Under the pieces are notes generated by a model, which did not search any database, had not been told where the DNA came from, and saw nothing but the letters and a program-made list of their open reading frames with translations. The position numbers and the translations under genes are program-made. A stretch of DNA of 60,044 bases, the filler included, from Jimgerdemannia flammicorona (Eukaryota), in the NCBI GenBank assembly GCA_003990765.1. It is 3 parts of 3 records of this genome, joined end to end, with 100 filler letters (N's around TTAATTAATTAA, not from the genome) between each part and the next. Parts side by side here need not be neighbours in the genome. Positions count along the whole stretch, not along the records: positions 1 to 19,950 come from RBNJ01001795.1; positions 20,051 to 39,999 come from RBNJ01001796.1; 1 more part is not named here. One strand, written 5' to 3'. This document shows, in pieces, positions 11,101 through 23,000 of the stretch. Every line of letters starts with the position of its first letter. The first letter of the stretch is position 1.

Positions 11101-14009
11101 ATATAACAAGGCAAGAAGAACTATGTAGTGGTCTAAGATGGAAGAAGACCTATACCAATTTGTCAAAGAGTGTGATAAGTGTCAAAAACAGAAATAAGAT
11201 CAGTAAGACCAGGTACCTGGGTCATCAAGAATTGAGCCTATCTCCTTCCACCACATTGCAATAGATATCATTAGATTACTACCAGTAATACTATTAGAAA
11301 ACTACTATATTATAGTTATTGTAGACCTCTTTACTAAATGAATAGAAGCAGGAGTATTACAAGAAGCCAATGCCCTCTCTATAGCTGACTTCTTATACTA
11401 AGAAATTATCTGCCACTATAAGACACCAAAGCAAATTACCACAGACTATGGTACAGAATTTTTCAATGGATTCTATGAGATAATATATCAGAAATATAAG
11501 ATTCAGTACATCAAGATCACTGTGTACCATCCTTAAGGAAATGGACAGATAGAGAGAACCAACAAGACCCTTAAGAATATTCTAGCAAAGATTTTAGACA
11601 TATATAAGAATTGGGATAACTACCTCCCAACTACCCTCTCTGTCCTATAAGATATATGGTCATAGAGTATATACTTTACTCTAAGAGAACTGCTTTTCAG
11701 AGAAGAAGATTCTAATGGAACCTTAGCTACAAATCTAGACCTAACTTGGAGATGAGTTGACTCAGAAATCCAGAGACTATACCAAATCAGGAAGAAGGCT
11801 GAAGATTACATCATCAAGTCACAAACACTGATAAAAAAGAATATAGAAAAGAATTACAAGATCCTAGAACTCATCCAAATTGAAGAAAAGGTTCTACTAT
11901 ATTGAAATATGGTAGAAGTCTCATGGTTATAAAAACTAGAGCCTAAATGGAAAGGACCCTTCTATATGCCAGATATTAAGAGAACTATCTTCTGACTTAG
12001 AAAACTCTCAGAAACTATACTGCCTATCATAATATATAGGAATAGACTTAAGAAGTACTATAAACCTATATAAGAGAAGCAAAATATGATGACTGCCTGT
12101 AAGGTTCTAGTTCATAAATCATAACAGCATATCCCATGACTAGCAGGCAATCTGTCTGGACTATTCTCTAAGAAATACAGCACCAGTAACTACTCATTTA
12201 TGAGACTTTCAAAGCTAGAGAAGTTTGAACCATCAACTGATTAGTCAAGATCAGAATCAGGCCCTTGCTCTATATGAAGGAAGTGACTCTTCACCATCAT
12301 ACCAAAATATATAAAGAAGACACTAGCCTATAAATATCACTTTTCGACTCCCTACCAGAGGTTATGAGATTAGTAATTTTTTTAGAACTAGACCAATGAA
12401 TAAGGATGTTCAAGAAGATTTTTATTCAGGAGAAAGATGTAATGGTGATCTCAGAATGATGATATCAGCACAAGGGACAGTCTTTCTTTACAAGACATCA
12501 GATTAGAATATAAGAAGATTATATAGCATGACTCATCCAGGCTATAAGATGAGTAATGATAACCAACTATGAGTCATTGGGACCACAATACAGATATCTC
12601 AAGGAATATAAAAGAAGAATTAAGAAACCATAGTAACAGCAACTCAACAAGACCCACTAATCCCAAAATAGCTTAAAGATTTATCATAAACAAAATGTCT
12701 GCTGCTTGCCAAATCTCAAGATCAAAGAACTACCAAGACCCCTCAGTCTAAGAAAGGATATTTCAAGACATCTGAAGAGCTATAAGGACTTGTACCATAA
12801 GGACTCCTAGTGTCAACCTGGGTACTGGTAACTCTTATCATTATATCCTCTACTGTCATGAGATGGAAATAAAAATCACTATTGCTACTGAATGTCTCTA
12901 GATATGGTAAGAATATGAAATAGAAAACCTCCTCTGCTGGGAATTCCCTCAAGCCAGCCCTCAAGAGCTACAAGATACCACTCCTATGGATATATATAAA
13001 ATAAGGATAGCTAAGAAGATTTATCAGATCTTCAGGCATGTATTATGGTCAATCCCCAACTTAGAGTATACCAGAGTCTCAGACTTCAGGGATCTATCAG
13101 CTCATCATATCAATATACTAGAAGCCATGGTAGCTACAGAGGTCCAGTCTACTATTACTCTCAATAGTGATAAGATAGAAGAGTTCTGATATCCTATTCT
13201 CTAGAATAACTCAGATCAGTTCCTATAAGGATTGATCTTAGCTTTTCAAGACCCCAGTATCCAGGTTAGACCTCCCCAAGACTCCACATTTGTTCCTTAT
13301 TTTGTGGAAGAGAATGTCATAGATTGGAGAGCCCCTGCTACTGCCAAATATGATAATGTCATCAGTGGACATCATCTCATGTGATATATGCAAAATGCAT
13401 GATCTATGTGATAAGACAAATAAAATGTTTGTAGATCTCATCTCCTTCAGTGATGATGAGGATGAAGCCCCCATGGTCCTGAATATTCTACTTTAAAGTT
13501 CTTAGTGATACTGAATTCTGCCAGCATCCTTTTCCTGTATAATAGTTAATCCTTCCACTGGCATTCTGATCTTATGTGACTTGGAATTCTTCCAGCATTC
13601 TTTTTCTGTACTACCAAAATTCTACCAGCACTCTGAACTTGTGCAATCATCTATATCAATACTGAAATCTGTACTAATAACTGTAGTTTTCTATATTCCA
13701 GTATTTTATTTAGTTATTGGAATTTATATTTAGCTTTATATCTTAGCAACCATTGAATTATATTTTGTATAAATACCCCTCTTATTTCCTTCAAAATAAA
13801 ATTAGTTCCTCTCAGTACAATATATACAATTCCTTGCAAGCAATCTAAAAAGATAACAAGACAGTTTAAAGATAAGAAGTTTGAGGACTATAAGACCTTA
13901 GGAAGGCACTCCAATAAGAACTTGCTTATAACAAACTTGAGTTAGTCTAAGAGATACACCTTGAAGAGAATCTGATGTATTTGAAGGACTCAGCAACTAC
14001 TACATGACA
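8150..14009 (+). mobile_element. Second, more decayed Ty3/gypsy LTR retrotransposon (no chromodomain seen) with long 3' LTR at about 12438-14009
   Basis: Degenerate knuckle CFRYREEGHYAKSY (about 8590), protease IINTGARGC (about 9250), RT YIDDMIIF (about 10054), RNase H ILQTDVS, integrase with PKWKGPF (about 11945). PPT-like TTCAGGAGAAAGA then TGTAATGG at 12438; TATAAATACCCC at about 13768; AATAAA at 13795; ends ...CATGACA at 14009. Confidence 0.9.
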
Positions 14010-14279
14010 ATATTAAAAAATCCAGTGGTGAAACAGGAAAATTTATTGTTAACTTTGTCAATCAAAGATATGGGTGAAAATAAATGACTATGGTTATAAT
14101 GCATATAGCACAGAACAATACGATGAGAGTATACCTATTGCCAAGCTAAAAGATAGATCATCCGCGACTCCATCATTCAGCCTTGACCTAGTTGACAGAA
14201 GGTCACGGCAGGGTAAATCTGACACTATTAAATTTCCCCCAACGAGCCCAATCACACAGCTACCATGGGGGCCAAGCGA

Positions 14280-15405
14280 TTCAATGACAATGTCCCATTT
14301 CACATAAGTCGTTGCGAGCCTTCATCCCGAGGACGGAAAGCCATGCTGTCTGTGCCGAAACTCCCGACGGAAGCTCCACTACCTTGCCATCTTCCGAAAC
14401 GACCACTTGAGAACCGATTATACTGGAAGTTGATATTCTCACGTGTCTTTTGCGACATACGGACGGATGACCCGTAGGACAAACGGTGTTCTTGCAGGCG
14501 TGATGGCAAAATGCCATGTAGTGTGGAGAGGTTTCCACAATCTCGAGTCGATGTAGCAGATGAGCGTGAGGTCAAAGTGGCTTATCATTTGAGCAGCAAG
14601 ATGCGCGACGCGCCATCTCCTAGCCTGACCGTACCGTCACACCCGGAAACCATATCGTTGATGTCATTCAGAACAGCGCGGCGCTCCGAAGCCGACGGCG
14701 CGTTCTCGTTGTGCGCCCAAACTCAGTCGATGACGCACAGCAAGAGGTCGTGCTCGGAAGTGGAAAGGGCCGCTGCCTCGGTGAGGAGCAGCTCTGGGGC
14801 CTTTTCGGAGAGATCGGTCAGCTCACCGATAGCGAGCATGTGAGCGCGGAAGGGGTTGAGGAGCACGTCGTAGAGGTCCTTGTTGGCTTCGCTCCAGGGG
14901 ATGGCGGCGACGGCTTCATTGAGAAGCGATGAGGCGACACCAAAATCAGCGAGGTCGTGCGCGCGCTCCAGCACCATCTTCATGAGCTTCGGAAGGAGGC
15001 GAAAGTTTGCTGCGCAGCATATTCTTACCGCGATAGAAATGTTGACAGTGTTGTCGATGGTTTCAGTCTGAATGAAGCCAAGGACGATGTTGAGTACCGC
15101 GGAGGTTATGTCATTGAGGGCGACGCGATGAGAGGAACCCTCTTTCATGTTTCCGTACAGCATCACCTTGAATACTGGACATCTTTTAAGAGATCATATG
15201 AAATTAGGTGTGTGGAAAGTGTCATGGAAAATGACGGACACAACTAAACTATATAAGAGGATCGAAATCGGACAAAGCTTGAAGCCAGTACGGCACGGCA
15301 CGCACCTAGCTCGACACCGTCAGCGCAGATGATAACATCGTGGTAGGTTGGGTCCTTCCATATGGAGGCAATGTCGTCCTTGAGGTTAAGACCACTGTCA
15401 ACCAT
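14280..15405 (-). pseudogene. BTB/POZ-BACK domain gene, probably a pseudogene
   Basis: Exon 1 (15405-15278) encodes MVDSGLNLKDDIASIWKDPTYHDVIICADGVELGACRAVLAS. Spliced to 15182 it continues RCPVFKVMLYGNMKEGSS...AANFRLLPKL (BTB) and SEHDLLLCVID*VW (BACK). The donor reads CT instead of GT, there is an in-frame TGA at 14723, and the downstream frame is broken. 3' end uncertain. Confidence 0.75.
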
Positions 15406-15770
15406 GTTCACAAAACGAGAGAAATGGTGGGTTCTTTTAGGACGGTTGAGGTGTGGGTGTGATTTCGGCTGTGGAAAGAATCCCGTTTTGTTATGATCGT
15501 GGCGTTGGCTTAATTATCTAAAACAGAGATAGACTTCGTCTATCTCGCGACTTAGCGACGTTTGTGTAACAATGGAGCCTTAGTCGTAAGGACATCGAGA
15601 TGCCCGGATCTTAGACCCGGCACTTGATAATGGAGTGTCCAATGTAATGCATTGCGTCACAATGCGTGACCAGGCTGAAGAGCTCACTCGCTTAAGTATT
15701 TTTCTTTATATTTTTATTGCCGAGTCACGCACTAGAGTATTGTATTGAAATGGCATGACATAAGAGTGTA

Positions 15771-15822
15771 GATACACGCGAAGGATACACGCGAAGGATA
15801 CACGCGAAGGATACACGCGAAG
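15771..15822. repeat. Perfect tandem repeat (GATACACGCGAAG) x4
   Basis: Four exact 13-bp units read directly. Confidence 0.95.
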
Positions 15823-16778
15823 GTTCAAGCGTCAATTGAACGTTGCCGAAGTTCGCGACGGAGAGTACATAATGGTATTGTAAGTAGTCTCGACGTGATC
15901 GGACAAGATTCCTGCGCTTTTCTGTTGACGTACAGTGCATTTTAAGGGCTGGCTGAGCCTGTATTGTCTTTTCTAAAAGGATGACTTGCAATTATTTTCT
16001 CCTGTTCGAAGCCAAATCTCGTTTTAAAATCCGACGTTGTTGGTTGCAAAAGTCGGTTATAAAATAAAGTATTAATGGAACGGGAATCGGTGCTGGTGAA
16101 CAAAATGGAAGTGCGCCAAATGACCAAGCGCTTTTCACATAAGGGTCTCGAATAAAACTTCGTTGAAACATAACATTTGATTTTATACGAATCACGTCAC
16201 GTCAGCGAATGGGTCATATGCACAAAGGAACTTTTAATGCCTATATAATATTCAGCCATTTACCTCTTGTCAATTTTTATTATTGTTTAAATACTTTTAG
16301 TATGTTTGGCTTGATTGCGTACATTTTGAAAGACGAGCCGGAGGAGCGGGATATTGAGTTTTCGTCCGACGTTAATGTGGGCATTGCGGTATTAACATGA
16401 TGCTGGGAATCTCAAATTATTGGCTTTCCTTCTCATGCTGTGACCCGTCAATACAAAAGAAAGGATCAATGCAATAAAGGCAACCCGTGGTTTATATTTC
16501 GCTCACAATGACCGTTTGCCGTTCATTGAATACCGCCGATCAGATGTGGGCATCCTTTCGCCCTTATTGGACGTAACTAAATTGACCCATCCCAATACCT
16601 TCAATGATCACATACGATAAATTTATTCACAAACTACAACGCACCGAGCTTGCGCCCCGACACACCGTCGCTTCCGCAATCCGAACCAGGGCCCAGGTGC
16701 ACCAACCGGCCGCACTCCATAAATTAAATATTGTTCGTGGACTGTGTTTTGGATATATAGCTACAGATCTTGTATGTA

Positions 16779-17074
16779 TTATTTGCCGTAACGGGAATCG
16801 TACTCCCTGAGGGCTTCTTCCTGGGCGTGCTTCTTGGCCTTGTGTTTGTCGGGCCCCTTGGTCTCAAGGAGTTTTTCGATCTCAGTACCAGCAATGCCGA
16901 CCAGGATTTCCTTGGCCACTGCCGGGCGTGCCTTCCCTCGCTTGCTTGTCCTCGTAGAGCTTCACGGCCTCAAAGGCTGCGGCGTCGCCGATCAGCTCGT
17001 GCGTCCAGGAGGCTTGGTGCTTCTCGCCACCGTAGACAGCTTTGTGGGAATCCATACCGAAGAAAGACGGACAT
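16779..17074 (-). pseudogene. cipC: CipC-like protein (DUF3759), frameshifted
   Basis: HKAVYGGEKHQASWTHELIGDAAAFEAVKLYEDKQAREG, then a frameshift near 16920, then AKEILVGIAGTEIEKLLETKG..DKHKAKKHAQEEALREYDSRYGK*. This matches the fungal CipC pattern. A second frameshift lies just after the ATG at 17074. Not captured by the ORF track. Confidence 0.85.
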
Positions 17075-18550
17075 GTTTGTTTGTTTTGGGGGTTGTAGGG
17101 AAAGAGGATCAGGGTAGGTTAAAGGTCTGTCGTGCTGGTCGTGGCTGCCAAAATAATTATAGCTCGTCGCCCAATGCGGACTGCCTGGTTGTGCGACCGT
17201 CTTATCGAAGGCAGGATCTGGATCTTCCAAGGATACTTATTAGATCGCCGTCGGTGAAGGGAGTGGAGGGTAGAGGGACGCGCGTCAAAGGATGAATATT
17301 GTGAACGTCGATTTGATGCGCGGAGATGAGTAAACACCCTGACAGCCAGGCTTGTATATGCCGTCGTCACTGTGAAACCAACATTCCTCGAGCGTAATTG
17401 TCAAAGCTGCATCAAATGGTTAGCGGGAATTGTTCGGTGTCTCCTTTTTCCTTTCACCCACGCATCGCGGTCGTACTAGAAGACCAGATCCCATGGGATG
17501 CCGTTGGGGAACCGTGATGTCTGTCTTCTGTGGCGGCCTCTCCTCTCTTTACGGCGCGCCGGGTTAACTGGGACGGGTAGACATGGGGATGGCTGTGAAT
17601 GGGCAAGATTTTACTATTTGTGTCTCGCGTCGTAATATATTTTTTTATTTCTTGATGTTCTACGATTTGGTCGGTGTGGTAAGGCAGTAGCCATTTTTTT
17701 TTTTTTTTTTTTTTGGGGGGGGGGGGAAGGCTTGTACGGTCTTAGAGGGCTCATGCGATTCGGTATATACTAGCCTGCGTTGTTCCGTTGTGTAGAGGTA
17801 GAGGAGGGCCTGACTAACAATCTAGAATAGTTCAAAATAAAATGCTCGGAAAGCAAAATCGGAAATTTTCTACAGGGCAACGTAGCCCGAGAGTGCGAAT
17901 GTGGTGGCGTGACTATAAGGGCACGTGCTCCAAAAATCGACGCATCCTAAATCGAGCTTTGTGGAATGATGACTGGAACATTCGCCAAGCGTAGAGCTGT
18001 TTCAGCTTACATATCTTATAGTATTAGCCAGAAAGTCTGTATAAATAGCTGGTATTCGTCGTTGACAATAAAGACCAGTGATACGGGCAAGGAACAAATT
18101 ATCTAAAGAATCCGCTGGACAATTTCAGGTTGCAGACCACCCCTTTATGAGCACTTAGTTTTTGTGGAACCTCTGTGTCGTGACTTGATTTTCTCGTGAC
18201 TTTGAGAAGTTGGCCCTTTATGATTTATCCATGAGACTTTGACAGGCCTGGGTCGCCAAATAATATTTGTGTTGATTGTTTGTATTGCCAGCCTAAGACG
18301 TAGGTAGCATAGCTGCAATTTTGCGGTCAAACTACACTGAAACCATATCTGCACAAGCTATGCAGGGATGGGATGTTTGGGCCATCGAACATGATCAATG
18401 TCATGGGAGAATTTGTATTTGTGTCGGTGACGTCACCAACCAGCCCAAGACATTCCGTCCTTGGCATACCCTTACGCTACCCCCCTCTCTTCCACCCACC
18501 CATCACTGCTCTCTTCCTTTCACCCACCCCTCACACATACACAATCCACC

Positions 18551-19849
18551 ATGGTTCACCCCGCCATTATCGGCAGCATAATCGCCATGGCTGTCGTCGG
18601 CACCATCGCTGTCATTATCCTGCTGGAGGAGCGCAACCGTCCCTACGAGGAGCCTATCCACGCCAATAGCCAGCGCGGCCAACGCAGGGGTAGCGCCCGG
18701 GGCCTGGAAGACGAGTTTGAGCTTAACGGGAAACAAAATATGAAAAAAAAGGACGCCGGTAGCGGAGACGAGAGCGACGACGATGACGACGACCGTCAGG
18801 GCTCCCGCAATGGACAAAGCTCGAGAGATAAACTTTGGGAGAAATTTGGGATCAGGAAGAGGAGGGGGAAGAGCCTTGTGTTGGATATGGAGGAAGTTGG
18901 AACGTCTCCCGTGCGGGATACGGTGGGTATATGTTTCTCCCTTTGTTGCGTTTTTTTCTTCTTCTCTCATTTCTGGTTGCCGCCTTTGTGTGGGAGGTCT
19001 TTGTGACTGTTTTAGGAGTGGCACAATCATTGTTAGCTGCTATTAAAACAAAACAAAAAATGCACTTACAGTTTAACCTACCTACCTTACTCTCTTACTT
19101 CTCAGGACGCCCGTGAATCCGAGCTCCAAGAACGCCTCTCCTACATGACGGCCATGGAGCAAGAGATCGAGCGCAAGAAGCAATTCCTTGTCCACGAGCA
19201 AGCCCTGCTGATCAAGCAAGAGGACGACCTCCGCGCCCGTCGCGAAAAGCTCCAGACCCTAGGGAACACCATCACGGGACTGCCGAACGACTCTCCACTC
19301 ATGACTTCACCTACCTACCTCGTAGACGAGGACGAGACAACATCCGCTTCTGCCTCCGCCGCTTCTGCCTCCACCGTTATCCTCCCTGGCATAGGCCTAG
19401 GCATCGTGAACGAATCCGCGGCCGCCTCGCCACCGCACCCCCTCGATGCCCGTACTCCGGGCTTCTCAACTCCAACCACTTCAGCCGCAGGTTCGACAAC
19501 GCTCTCGCCGCCCCCACAGCACAGCACCCCACTGATGGGCCCGTTGTATTCGCAAACCCGCCTACGCGTTCCCAGTGACGTATCTGGGCATTCGTCCGCC
19601 GGCAGCTGGTCCGACATTGGGTTCGGGCTCGTCACGCCTGATCCGCTCCTTGGCGGGGCCACGCCGTCCATTGATGGGACTACGCTATCTGTGGGTGGAT
19701 TTGAGGATGAGGGGTCGGTCAGGGGTTCTATCGTGTCAGAAGTATTGGGGTCGCCGTCGCTCGGGGGGTCCGAAGTCGGGTTGGAAGGGAGCGAGGATTT
19801 TGTCGAGATTGAGGAGGAAGAGCTCATTGAAAGGGCGAGGTGGCGTTAG
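18551..19849 (+). CDS. Two-exon, about 371-aa protein: N-terminal transmembrane anchor, coiled coil, long disordered Ser/Pro/Thr tail, acidic C-terminal AIM/LIR-like motif
   Basis: Exons 18551-18922 and 19106-19849 (GTGGGT...TTCTCAG, phase 0) join in frame. Hydrophobic IIGSIIAMAVVGTIAVIILL; coiled-coil-like MEQEIERKKQFLVHEQALLIKQEDDLRARREKL; CpG-rich, gene-like composition. Confidence 0.85.
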
Positions 19850-19950
19850 GTCGTGAATGGTGATGTGGTGTGGTTGGAAAGGAGATGAAGCGAGTAGAGG
19901 CTGGCTAGGAAGCTAGAGGGGGTTGCTTGTGAAGTTTCGCTTTTTTTTTT

Positions 19951-20050
19951 NNNNNNNNNNNNNNNNNNNNNNNNNNNNNNNNNNNNNNNNNNNNTTAATT
20001 AATTAANNNNNNNNNNNNNNNNNNNNNNNNNNNNNNNNNNNNNNNNNNNN
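19951..20050. other. Artificial contig-join spacer (N44 + TTAATTAATTAA + N44)
   Basis: Exactly 100 nt; the central 12-mer gives stops in all six frames; identical to the second spacer. Confidence 0.97.
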
Positions 20051-23000
20051 TTTACCAATCCCCACCTGCTCCTCCCACCTGGTCCCCACCCCCGCCACCA
20101 GCTATTCAAAATGTCCAATAATAGCCATTCTCAATGTGCCACTCTATCCCCAATTGCAATCTGCTGACCCTCCTCAAATACATATAACCAATGTCTAGCT
20201 AGTCTAACCCAAATTGCCAGAGCCCAACCCAGGGTCAGCCATTCATCACCAACCCCCCCCACCAACCTGTGGTGGAGCTCTCCCCACCTCCCCCCTTCCC
20301 CTCCCACCAGGGCTCACGGCCCTAACCTGTCTGCAATACAGCACTAAAAAACCCCCAGAACATCACACTCGTTAAGCCAATGTTCAGGCATTTATATCAC
20401 TCCCCCTTTCTGTCCAATATCCAAACATTCCTCACACTCATACTGGCCATCAGCCACCAAGTGACCCAACTGAAAGTTCAACATCACATTCCTCCTTAGG
20501 TACTGTCACTACATGATCCAGAACTTGGGGGAAGCTACTGCAGCACCTGCTTACTCCAAGGCCAAAGCCCATTCTAGTCCCACTCCTTGCCAATCCCCAC
20601 CCTCTGCCATGCTATAGGCCACAGGTCCCCCCCTAAGCCCTGCAAGCACTCCATTCTATCACCAAGCCGAAATTTCTCCACCAAAGCACTACCTAACAGT
20701 AGCCTGTCCCATCTCCATATCTGCAGTCCCCAATCTCTCTTGCCTTCACCACCTTGCTATTGAAGACCAATCCTCCAGGCTCCATCCACCACCCCCCACC
20801 AAAAGCCCTTGTACCACATCCTCTCACTCCCCTCCAGGGCCACCATTGCAAGCAGATCGCCAGATATATCATGGGGGAAATACCAGGCCTCCCACACCCT
20901 TTGCATAAGTGGTACCCACTCCTGGCCCCTCAACTAACTTGCTCTTTTTAGCCACCATGCTCACAAGCAATGAAGTCATTTGGGAAAGTCCACCAAGCCC
21001 AGTCTGCCACCATCCACAGGTAAGGTCAGTACCTCCCATCCTATCTGACTCTGCCACCCAGCCCAGATCCACATCCTTGCCATCTTCAGAAGGCACCTGA
21101 CCACCCATGCTGGGAAATCCAGATGGTACCCCATATACCACAGCTTTGGTAGCCAGTATACATTCAGCACCATCACCCTTCCTGCCAAGGAAATGTACCG
21201 ACCACCCCACCATAAGAGTACATCCCCCCACACCAGGAGCTGCTGTTCCCACCAATCACGAGGTAGTAAGGACCCATATATTGAGAAGTAAATCCCCAGA
21301 TAGCAAACTGGATCTCCTGCTGGCACCACTGTTCCAATCATGTCACCACCAACTATTCCGCCACCTAGCACCATAGTCTCACATTTATGCCAATTAAGTC
21401 TAGCACCAGAGCCCCCCTCATACTATTCCACAGTCTGCCACAATTCCTCCACATCCACCAGTAAACCCAATCCAACTACCATATCATCCACAAAGGCCCC
21501 CACCTTTCAATTAATCCACAGAATGTCCAAACCCCCAATTTGGCACCTGATCCTGTCCAATAGGGGCTCCAAGGAAAGGGCATACAGGATGGGCAATAAG
21601 GGATCTCCCTGTGGCACCCCACGACCCAGAGAAAAGGTTACACCCCTGTGACTATTGACTACTAAAGCTGCCTGACTGTCCTCCAAAAGACTTATTAATT
21701 ACCTCCTGAACTCTGGGGAGACACCTACCCACTTCAGCACCCCCTCTAGCCAGACCCTCCTCACTCTGTCATATGCCTTCTCCTGATCTAAAAACACCAA
21801 TCAGCCATCAACCCTGGCAGCCCAAGCCCCTTCAATCACTCCATGGACCCAGGCCATCCCATCTCGGATCAACCAATCACCAACAAATCCTCTTTGCTCG
21901 ACTCCCAGTATCTGCTGAGTGATCCCCTGCAGCCTAGTCACCAAGAACTTCAACACCAGCTTGCAGTCCATGTCAAGGAGTATGATCAGACACCAGTTCT
22001 TCCAATCTTCCCTTCTCCTCTTATCTTTATAGAGCAAGGAGACCAGCCCTAGGTGCTGGCCCCCAATCCAAGTTCCTGACCAAAGAACCTCATCACACAT
22101 CCCTGTCAACTCCTCCAATACTACCTACACCCCAGCCATCTTCTTCCAAAAATACCAGGGAAGCCCATCCTCCCCTGGAGCTGTCCCCTTGCTCATTGAA
22201 GCCAGGACCTTACAGACCTCCTCCCCCCTCACTGAGTCCCTCAGAGCCCCTAGACCCATTGCTGGGTTCAGATGCCAACCCTCCAACTACCCATCAATGT
22301 TCAAAACATCATCACCCCCATCTTTCTCACTCTATAGGTCCTCCCAGCAGGACTTTAGCAATCTCAGAATCACCAGAGTCCCCACCACCATCTCCCCATT
22401 CTCATCTAAGAGACCATCCCACTGCTGCTTAGTTCTCTATGCTTGTAACATCTGCAATAAAAACCTAGTGGGAATTTCTCCCTCCTCCAACTCTTGCCAC
22501 CTCAATCTTGCTACCATTTCTTTCAATTTAACCTCTTCCTCTAATTGTATCACCTCCTTAAGCTCCTTGACTTCCTTTTGAATCCTCTCAACCTGTCAAT
22601 CTACCACCTCCCTGTCTTCTAGTGCTCCTGCCCATCTCCTCAGGAGTTCCTCCAGCTGCTGTGAGGCCCAATGCACTCTCTGCCACCACTGAACACTCCT
22701 TCCCTTTCCTGCCTCTCTCCAAAATCTCTGAGCACTTGATTTCAGCCTCCTCCAATGATCTCCAATTGCCAGGCCCTGCTTCCACCACCAACTTATTTTC
22801 CCAATGACCTCCATCTTCCAGGCAGCCCATAACTCACTATCCTCCAACAAAGAGGAATTCAGTCTCCAATGTCCAGGCTCATCCCCACTTCCCCCAAACC
22901 TCCCCCCCCTAAGCAGACCCCAGTGATCTGACCATGGGCACCAAACCACCTCCAGTGTGGCCCAGACATCCACTCCCCAGCATTCTGCCATCAGTATCCA

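Noticed and set aside
15670..15700. CTGAAGA as a hammerhead ribozyme core
   Set aside because: No correctly placed GAAA or supporting stems were found.
15771..15822. 13-bp repeat as a CRISPR or telomeric array
   Set aside because: Only four contiguous units, internal, with no spacers; a simple minisatellite.
19995..20006. TTAATTAATTAA as a biological motif
   Set aside because: Six-frame stop linker inside N padding; an assembly artefact.
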